A stretch of DNA of 64,000 nucleotides, taken from assembly GCA_050732635.1 (NCBI GenBank), contig JBOHRE010000002.1:22896-86895 (forward strand), written 5' to 3'. This DNA comes from Longimicrobiales bacterium. Its GTDB lineage: Bacteria; Gemmatimonadota; Gemmatimonadetes; Longimicrobiales; RSA9. A program made the translations under genes and the position numbers. The notes under the pieces are model-generated. The model was not told where the DNA came from, ran no database searches, and worked only from the letters and a program-made list of their open reading frames with translations. Of this stretch, positions 58,002 to 64,000 are shown piece after piece; position 1 is the first letter of the stretch, and the number at the start of each line of letters is the position of its first letter.

Positions 58002-60030
58002 ACCAGGCGCGGGCTCGCGCACACTGCTGCTTGCCTGCCTGTTAACCCTGCTCGGCCTCGAGCCGCTCGTCGCGCAGGGCACGTGCCCGCTGGCAGTCGA
58101 CCCCGGGGCGCTCGCCCCGGCCAGCTACGGCCCGCTCTTTTCCGCGTTGCGCCAGATGCGGATCCCCGAGGTGCATACCCTCGGCTTCACGGGCGCTGGC
58201 GTACGGATCGGCGTGATCGACACCGGCTTCGAGGACCGGCATGAGAGCCTCGCGCCGCTCGCCGTGCTCGCTCGCCGCGATTTCATCCAAGGCGACACGA
58301 TCATCCACGATGAGCCGGCCGATACGCTCGGCAACGCGGACGCGCACGGCACCGCTGTGCTATCGATCCTGGCGGCGTGCGCGCCGGACAGGCTGGTCGG
58401 CCTCGCGTTCGGCGCGGAGTTCGTGCTGGCCAAGACGAACGTGCCGCCCGGAACGCTGGATACGCGAGCCGACGAACAACGCTGGATCGACGCTGCGCAC
58501 TGGGTGGATTCGCTGGACGTGGACGTCGTCAACTCCTCACTGGGCTTCAAGTTTTTCGCGGACGCGGACGATTATGAGTTCGCCGAGATGAACGGCGATC
58601 TGCTGCCATCGACGCGTACGGCCGACAGTCTGGCGGCGCACGGCGTGCTGGTCGTGACAGCGATAGGTAACGAGGGACCGAACCCCGGTACGATCAAGGC
58701 GCCCGCCGATGCGGACAGCGTCCTCGCGGTCGGCGCAGTGGACTCGAGCGGCGCGGTAATCTTCCGCTCGTCACGGGGGCCGACCGCCGATGGCCGAATC
58801 AAGCCCGAGTTGAGTGCGCGCGGGCTGAACCTGCCTGCGGCGGATGATACCGGGCTCGATCGCTATCATGCCGGCGTAACGGGCACCAGCTTCGCCGCAC
58901 CGCTGATCACGGGTGCGGTGGCGCTGCTCATGGAAGCGTGGCCGGCGCTCAACGCGATGGCGATTCGACGGGCGCTCCTGCTCTCCGGCTCCACGGCGAG
59001 CCGTCCGGACAACAATGTTGGCCGCGGCGTTCCCGATGTTCTCTCCGCATTGTCGTTCCCGGAGGGGATTTCGCTGCTGCGAGTCGAAGGCGCACAGGAT
59101 GATGGCACGCTGAGCACGCTCTCACCGGTGTTCCGCTGGGACGTACCACTCGTGCACCAGACCGCAAGGCCGGTTCGCTACTTTCTCGAACTCGCGACGG
59201 ATTCCGCATTTGCCGATGTGCTCTATCGCGACTCGGTCGGCGACGCGTTCGCGTTGCCGCTGCGGCGAGGCATCCGGCCCACGCAACGAATCCTGTGGCG
59301 GGTCGTCGCAGTGGGCGCGAACAGCGCGACCCGCGTCGGGCCGATCGGTGGACCACTGCGAGTGCCGAGCTGGGTGCGACTGATCAGCTTCAACAGCACG
59401 AGCGGTAACTTCGTGCCGTCAGCGCGGCCCACGTTCGTCTGGTCGGCCCTACCCGCGCCGGCGCCGATCGGACCGCTGGAGTTCGAGCTGCACGTGCTCG
59501 ATCCGACGGACGGCGACATAGTGCAGACGATGACCACCGTTGGCGACACGACGGTGACCCTTGCTGATCCGCTGGTGGTCAATCAGGCGTATCGCTGGCG
59601 GGTGATCGCGCGCACTCAGGCCGGCGTCGCCGATACCACGGAGAGCGTGGCTCCGTTCGTCGTGGTGAGTGAGGAGAGCCCGCCAGCCACGCTCCTCTAT
59701 CAGAACTTTCCGAACCCGTTCCCTGGCGCCGCGCCGAACGGGCGGACCACGCTCTGGTTCGACCTCGCCGAACGCGCGAGCGTCCAGCTCACGATACACG
59801 ACCTGCGCGGGCGTCTGATCCGTCGGCTGATTCCAGGACCGGGCTGCGGGCCGGTCGAGCTGGATGCGGGTGTCTACGGCCGTACGATGACGAGCGCTGA
59901 TCCGTGCGTCAGCACGCAATGGGACGGTCGCGACGAACGCGGTCAGCTCGTTCCATCGGGCGTGTATATCGCGCGGCTCCGTGCCGGCGGCCGCGAGCAC
60001 TTCATTCGTCTCGTGTTCCTGCCAGGCTGA
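57982..60030 (+). CDS. secreted S8 (subtilisin-like) serine peptidase with C-terminal sorting/FlgD-Ig-like domain
   Basis: Signal-like N-terminus. Catalytic triad contexts GVIDTGF, HGTAVLS and GTSFAAPLITG. C-terminal LYQNFPNPFPG...LTIHDLRGRLIRRL...GVYIARL motif. Confidence 0.85.
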   Translation: MLLARPEPGAGSRTLLLACLLTLLGLEPLVAQGTCPLAVDPGALAPASYGPLFSALRQMRIPEVHTLGFTGAGVRIGVIDTGFEDRHESLAPLAVLARRDFIQGDTIIHDEPADTLGNADAHGTAVLSILAACAPDRLVGLAFGAEFVLAKTNVPPGTLDTRADEQRWIDAAHWVDSLDVDVVNSSLGFKFFADADDYEFAEMNGDLLPSTRTADSLAAHGVLVVTAIGNEGPNPGTIKAPADADSVLAVGAVDSSGAVIFRSSRGPTADGRIKPELSARGLNLPAADDTGLDRYHAGVTGTSFAAPLITGAVALLMEAWPALNAMAIRRALLLSGSTASRPDNNVGRGVPDVLSALSFPEGISLLRVEGAQDDGTLSTLSPVFRWDVPLVHQTARPVRYFLELATDSAFADVLYRDSVGDAFALPLRRGIRPTQRILWRVVAVGANSATRVGPIGGPLRVPSWVRLISFNSTSGNFVPSARPTFVWSALPAPAPIGPLEFELHVLDPTDGDIVQTMTTVGDTTVTLADPLVVNQAYRWRVIARTQAGVADTTESVAPFVVVSEESPPATLLYQNFPNPFPGAAPNGRTTLWFDLAERASVQLTIHDLRGRLIRRLIPGPGCGPVELDAGVYGRTMTSADPCVSTQWDGRDERGQLVPSGVYIARLRAGGREHFIRLVFLPG

Positions 60031-60034
60031 GACA

Positions 60035-60820
60035 GTGAAGCTCGTGGTGCTCGGATCCGGCACGGTGGCGCTGCACCCCGAGCGCGTCTGTGCCGGCTAC
60101 TACGTCGAGGCCGGGCCACACCGTATCCTGCTGGACTGCGGCCCCGGCACACCGCACCAACTGGCGCGGCTCCGACTGCGCTGGGACCGCATCACGCATA
60201 TCGCGCTGTCTCATTTTCACACCGATCACGTGGCGGGGCTGCCGCTGCTGATCTTCGCGATGCGCCACGGCGTGCCGGAGCCGCGCAGCGAGCGCCTCGA
60301 CCTGGCTGGGCCCGAGGGGGCCAGCGCCCTCATCGAGCGTCTGGCCGATGCGTTCGGCGACTACCTGCGCGATCCGGGCTTTCCGCTGAGCATCACGGAG
60401 CTGGCCCACGGAGAGACGTGGCCCCTGGCAACCGGCATCCACCTGCTGGCGCACCGGACACCCCACACCGACGCGTCGCTGGCATACCGCTTGGAGACCC
60501 CCGATGGGGCGATCGGGTATACCGGCGATACCGGCAATAGCGAAGAGCTCGGCGCCTTTTTCGACGGCGTCGACATTCTGATTGCGGAATGCTCGCTGCC
60601 CGATGAGGCTGCGCTCGAGAATCATCTCACGCCCTCGCGTGTGGCCGCGCTCGCACGTCGCGCCGCGCCCGGGCTCCTGCTCGTCACACATATGTATCCG
60701 CAGCTCGAGGCGCAGGACGTGCCCGCGCTGATCCGGGCCGCCGGCTGGGATGGTGGCTTCGACGTCGCACACGACGGGATGCGCATCGATGTGGCGCGCC
60801 AGCTCGATCGGCCCGGCTAG
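60035..60820 (+). CDS. MBL-fold metallohydrolase (RNase Z/ElaC-like short form)
   Basis: HFHTDH motif. GTG start 5 nt after the protease stop. Confidence 0.8.
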   Translation: MKLVVLGSGTVALHPERVCAGYYVEAGPHRILLDCGPGTPHQLARLRLRWDRITHIALSHFHTDHVAGLPLLIFAMRHGVPEPRSERLDLAGPEGASALIERLADAFGDYLRDPGFPLSITELAHGETWPLATGIHLLAHRTPHTDASLAYRLETPDGAIGYTGDTGNSEELGAFFDGVDILIAECSLPDEAALENHLTPSRVAALARRAAPGLLLVTHMYPQLEAQDVPALIRAAGWDGGFDVAHDGMRIDVARQLDRPG

Positions 60821-60895
60821 ACGGCCGCAACGGGTACGGCTACATTCATGCTCTGCGCGCAGTTACGCGCCTATTCGCCATCCGCAGGAAGACGT

Positions 60896-61948
60896 ATGCT
60901 CGTCGTGATGAGCCATGACGCGACCGACGCCGACGTGCGCCGCGTCGTCGACACGATCGAAGAGCTGGGCTACGAGGCTCGCCCGATACCGGGCCGCAAC
61001 CGCACGGCGATCGGGCTGGTCGGCAACGACGGCAAAGTCGACGGCGCGAGGCTCGAGGCGCTGCCTGGTGTGCTCCAGGTGATCCAGGTCACTCAACCGT
61101 ACAAGCAGGTCTCCAGGGAGTGGCGTTCGGAGCCGACCATCGTCGAGCTGCAGAACGGTACCCGCATCGGCGGTGAGGAGGTCGTGCTCATGGCCGGCCC
61201 CTGCGCTGTCGAATCCGAGCCGCAGATCGTCTCCATCGCGCGACGCTTGCAGCACATGGGCGTCCCGGTCCTGCGGGGCGGTGCATTCAAGCCCCGTACG
61301 TCGCCCTACTCGTTTCAGGGTCTCGGAGTCGAGGGGCTGCGCCTGCTGGCGCGCGCACGCAGCGAAACCGGGCTCGCGGTCGTGACCGAAGCGCTCGAGC
61401 CGGACATGGTCGGCTTAGTGTCGGACTATGCCGATATCGTGCAGATCGGTGCGCGCAACATGCAGAACTATCCGCTGCTGAGGCGGGCCGGGCGCTGCGG
61501 CAAGCCAGTGCTGTTGAAACGCGGCATTGCGGCCACGATCAAGGAGCTGCTGCTGGCGGCAGAGTACATCCTGGCCGAGGGCAATCCGGACGTGATTCTG
61601 TGCGAGCGTGGCGTTCGCGGCTTCGACGAGCACACGCGCAACCTGTTGGACCTGACAGCGATCCCCGTGGTGCATTCGCTGTCCCACCTGCCGATCATCG
61701 CGGATCCGAGCCATGGCACGGGCGTGCGCACGAAGGTCACGCCGATGGCGCGCGCGGCGATCGCCGCTGGCGCCGACGGACTGATGGTGGAAGTGCATCC
61801 GGATCCGGACCGCGCCCTTTCGGACGGAGCGCAGTCGCTGAGCCCTGAGCAGTTCGAGGAGCTGGTCGGTCAGATCCGGATCATCGCCGACGCCATCGGT
61901 CGGCGGCTTCCGGTACGCGGCGCCGAGCCGCTCGGCGCCCTGCCCTGA
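60896..61948 (+). CDS. 3-deoxy-7-phosphoheptulonate (DAHP) synthase, type I-beta with N-terminal regulatory domain
   Basis: Contains GPCAVES, GGAFKPRTSPYSFQG, KRG and ADPSHG. A ~65-aa ferredoxin-like N-extension is present. The ATG at 60896 follows AGGAAG. Confidence 0.9.
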   Translation: MLVVMSHDATDADVRRVVDTIEELGYEARPIPGRNRTAIGLVGNDGKVDGARLEALPGVLQVIQVTQPYKQVSREWRSEPTIVELQNGTRIGGEEVVLMAGPCAVESEPQIVSIARRLQHMGVPVLRGGAFKPRTSPYSFQGLGVEGLRLLARARSETGLAVVTEALEPDMVGLVSDYADIVQIGARNMQNYPLLRRAGRCGKPVLLKRGIAATIKELLLAAEYILAEGNPDVILCERGVRGFDEHTRNLLDLTAIPVVHSLSHLPIIADPSHGTGVRTKVTPMARAAIAAGADGLMVEVHPDPDRALSDGAQSLSPEQFEELVGQIRIIADAIGRRLPVRGAEPLGALP

Positions 61949-61986
61949 GCCACGCAGAGCCGTCCGCTTTCCTGGCCGTCCGGGCC

Positions 61987-62388
61987 ATGGCAATGCCCGC
62001 GGCGAGCACGCACCGTCGCGGCATGGCGCGTTCACACGAGCTCGGCCGCGCAGGCGAGCTGGCCGCGGCGAAGCTGCTCCGTGAGGCTGGCTGGACCATC
62101 CTCGAGCGGAATGTCCGTTTCGGCCGGAAGGAGATCGACCTCGTCGTACGACGCGACGGCGTCGTGGCCTTTGTCGAGGTCAAGACACGAGCAGGGCGAG
62201 CGTGCGGCCACCCACTCGAGTCGATAACGGCGCGGAAGCGGCGCGAGATCGAGCGGGTGGCACGCTGGTGGGTCGCGCGCTACGGCAGTGCCGGCGAGCA
62301 GTATCGCTTCGATGCGATCGCGGTCGACTGGGGTGGCGATGGCGCCCCGCGCTTGGAGCACGTGGTCGACGCCTGGCGACTCGGCTGA
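61987..62388 (+). CDS. yraN: YraN-family (UPF0102) endonuclease-like protein
   Basis: Contains GELAAAKLLREAGWTILERNVRFGRKEIDLV...AFVEVKTR. The start is more likely at 62023 (MARSHELG). Confidence 0.8.
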   Translation: MAMPAASTHRRGMARSHELGRAGELAAAKLLREAGWTILERNVRFGRKEIDLVVRRDGVVAFVEVKTRAGRACGHPLESITARKRREIERVARWWVARYGSAGEQYRFDAIAVDWGGDGAPRLEHVVDAWRLG

Positions 62389-62399
62389 CCCTGGTGGTG

Positions 62400-62630
62400 C
62401 TACGGCGTCGCGTCGCCCGCCGATTCGAGCAGCATCTCGCCCACTCTGAGCATGCCGCGGCCGCGCTCCTGCAGCACCGTGCCGAGTCGCCTGGTCAGAT
62501 CGGGTGTGACCGCATCCGGGCGCTGGCGCAGCCGCTGAAGCTCCTGCGGCTCGAGACCGAGCGCCAGGGCCAGCTCCTTCTCGGATCCCAGGAACAGATC
62601 GGCGGCGCGGCGGAAATCGAGTCCGGGCAT
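62400..62630 (-). CDS. hypothetical small protein (76 aa, possible HTH)
   Basis: High GC3. Contains SEKELALALGLEPQELQRL. I recognise no family. Confidence 0.5.
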   Translation of the reverse strand: MPGLDFRRAADLFLGSEKELALALGLEPQELQRLRQRPDAVTPDLTRRLGTVLQERGRGMLRVGEMLLESAGDATP

Positions 62631-62645
62631 TCTCGGTTCGGTCGT

Positions 62646-63092
62646 CTAGTTCGCGAAGCGGCGATGATCGATCATGAGACAGCGATCCTGTACGACGAAC
62701 ATGCCTTCGCGCGCGAGCGCCTCAGCCGCATCCTCGTGACGGATGCCGGACTGAAACCAGACGGCGCGCGGGCGTTTTGCGATCAGGTCGGGCACGTGCG
62801 GCGGGATATCTCGCGAGCGGCGGAATACGACCACGATGTCGACGGGTCCCGGCACGTCCTGCACCCGACGCCAGACGTCGCGGCCCAGGATGCGTCTGGC
62901 CTGCGGATAGTAGACCGGCACCGGCAGGATCTCCAGTCCGACCGCGTGCAGGTACTCGGCAACGTAGAACGCCGGCTGGCCGGCCTGTGCCTCCGTCTTG
63001 ATGCCGAGCACGGCGATCCGGCGCGCGGCGCGCACGAGGCTGGCGACGTCGTCGTCGTCTTCGATCAGCTTGTCGCGCCACACAGCGGTCAT
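62646..63092 (-). CDS. CoA-binding domain protein (YccU-like)
   Basis: Contains RIAVLG, PVDIVVVFRRS, VWFQSGIRHEDA and VVQDRCLMIDH. Confidence 0.8.
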   Translation of the reverse strand: MTAVWRDKLIEDDDDVASLVRAARRIAVLGIKTEAQAGQPAFYVAEYLHAVGLEILPVPVYYPQARRILGRDVWRRVQDVPGPVDIVVVFRRSRDIPPHVPDLIAKRPRAVWFQSGIRHEDAAEALAREGMFVVQDRCLMIDHRRFAN

Positions 63093-63139
63093 ATGCCGGG
63101 CTCCCTGCGGAATGCCGCAAGCCTGCTCGCCACAGGCGG

Positions 63140-63168
63140 TTGACTATGATCTCCTGCACCGCTACGAT
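63140..63168 (+). promoter_or_regulatory. candidate promoter TTGACT-17-TACGAT driving SRP RNA
   Basis: The -10 element ends 6 nt before the predicted first paired base of the SRP RNA. Confidence 0.5.
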
Positions 63169-63174
63169 TCCAGC

Positions 63175-63276
63175 GGCGTCCCAGGACCCAAGGGCGCGAA
63201 CCCGCGAATCCCGTCAGGACCCCGCAGGTAGCAGCGGTAAGCGTGGTGAGCGTCGCTTCGGCAACCCTGGGGCGTC
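63175..63276 (+). ncRNA. ffs: small (4.5S-type) signal recognition particle RNA
   Basis: The termini GGCGUCCCAGG and CCUGGGGCGUC pair over 11 bp, counting G-U pairs. The conserved domain IV strings GUCAGG ... AGCAGC are present with near-canonical spacing. A T6 run follows at 63277-63282. It lies immediately upstream of dnaX, as in Bacillus. Confidence 0.8.
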
Positions 63277-63368
63277 TTTTTTCCTTCAGTGCAAACGACT
63301 TGCCGTCGGCGACATCGTGGCCTAAGCTGACGCGTTCTTCAACACCGATCCCCCTTTCCTGAATTCGG

Positions 63369-64000
63369 CATGAGCAGGACCGCGCTGGCGCGGACGTACC
63401 GCCCTCGGCGCTTTTCCGAGCTATCCCGCCAGGAACACGTCGCCGAAACGCTGAAAGCCGCGGTCTCCAAGGGCCGCGTGGCGCACGCGTACCTGTTCTG
63501 TGGGCCGCGCGGGGTCGGTAAGACGACGGCCGCGCGCGTGCTCGCCATGGCCTTGAATTGCCCGAACCGCCGCGGCGATGGCGAGCCGTGCGGCAGCTGC
63601 GAATCGTGCGAGCGGATCTGGAGCGGCCGTACGTCCCTGGATGTGATCGAGATCGACGCCGCGTCGAACCGAGGTGTCGATGATGCGCGCGAGCTCCGCG
63701 AGCGCGCGATGTACGCGCCGACCGATGAGCGCGGCTACAAGGTTTATATCATCGATGAAGCGCACATGCTCACGCGCGAGGCGTGGAATGCGCTGCTGAA
63801 GATTCTCGAGGAGCCGCCGCCGCGTGTCATCTTTGTATTCGCCACAACCGAGCCGCAGAAGATCCAGCAGGCGGCACCGCCGATCCTGTCGCGCTGCCAG
63901 CGTTTCGATTTTCGGCGGATCGGCGTCAGTGCCATTGTCGACAGGTTGCGCGAAGTGCTCGAACAAGAGGGGGTGGCGGCGGAAGAGCAGGCGCTCGTCG
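63369..64000 (+). CDS. dnaX: DNA polymerase III subunit gamma/tau, N-terminal part (runs off the window)
   Basis: My translation gives MSRTALARTYRPRRFSELSRQEHV...AHAYLFCGPRGVGKTT...CGSCESC...KVYIIDEAHML...SRCQRFDF. Confidence 0.93.

Noticed and set aside
62202-63143. 313-aa ORF on the plus strand
   Set aside because: It is antisense to the CoA-binding protein, which has clear YccU-like motifs, and to the small 76-aa gene. It has no motifs of its own.

Overview
This is a high-GC (roughly 68-70% by eye), very densely packed bacterial chromosomal segment. I call about 66 CDS, one tRNA-Gln(UUG) and one small SRP RNA. The content is almost entirely core housekeeping. It includes an ECF sigma/anti-sigma pair, a UbiE + UbiD/UbiA/UbiX quinone module that looks like the late steps of futalosine-type menaquinone synthesis, and mutM, purD, glmS, dtd, maf, glpK, recA and alaS. 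Further along are nadE, cca, rarA, hflX, pdxJ, ispE, prs-rplY-pth, an H+-pyrophosphatase, ychF and rpsF-rpsR-rplI. The window ends with rsfS, smc, a secreted S8 protease, DAHP synthase, yraN, SRP RNA and the start of dnaX. From 16151 to 62388 every gene is on the + strand, and many neighbours share 1-, 4- or 8-nt start/stop overlaps. I saw no CRISPR array, transposase, integrase, restriction-modification, toxin-antitoxin or other recognisable defence or mobile module, so I cannot honestly claim a clear new multi-gene system. The items most worth a second look are five. (1) A C-depleted GTAAGK microsatellite with a 27-codon Cys/Lys micro-ORF fills the only long spacer of the ubiD-ubiA-ubiX operon. 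(2) A YfcE-like phosphoesterase is translationally coupled to ubiX. (3) A 517-aa proline-rich protein carries two Hpt-like segments in which the phospho-accepting His appears to be replaced. (4) A degenerate MinD/BY-kinase-like + TM + 2xSPOR protein is coupled by ATGA to smc. (5) A SLOG/TIGR00725 gene sits in an overlapping chain with two small membrane proteins. The long Arg/Pro/Ala-rich ORFs antisense to real genes are high-GC shadow ORFs and were rejected. The taxon guess (Gemmatimonadota-like, FCB-related) rests only on GC content and the QNFPNPF-type C-terminal sorting domain, and its confidence is low. All family calls come from motif recognition by eye; no searches were run.
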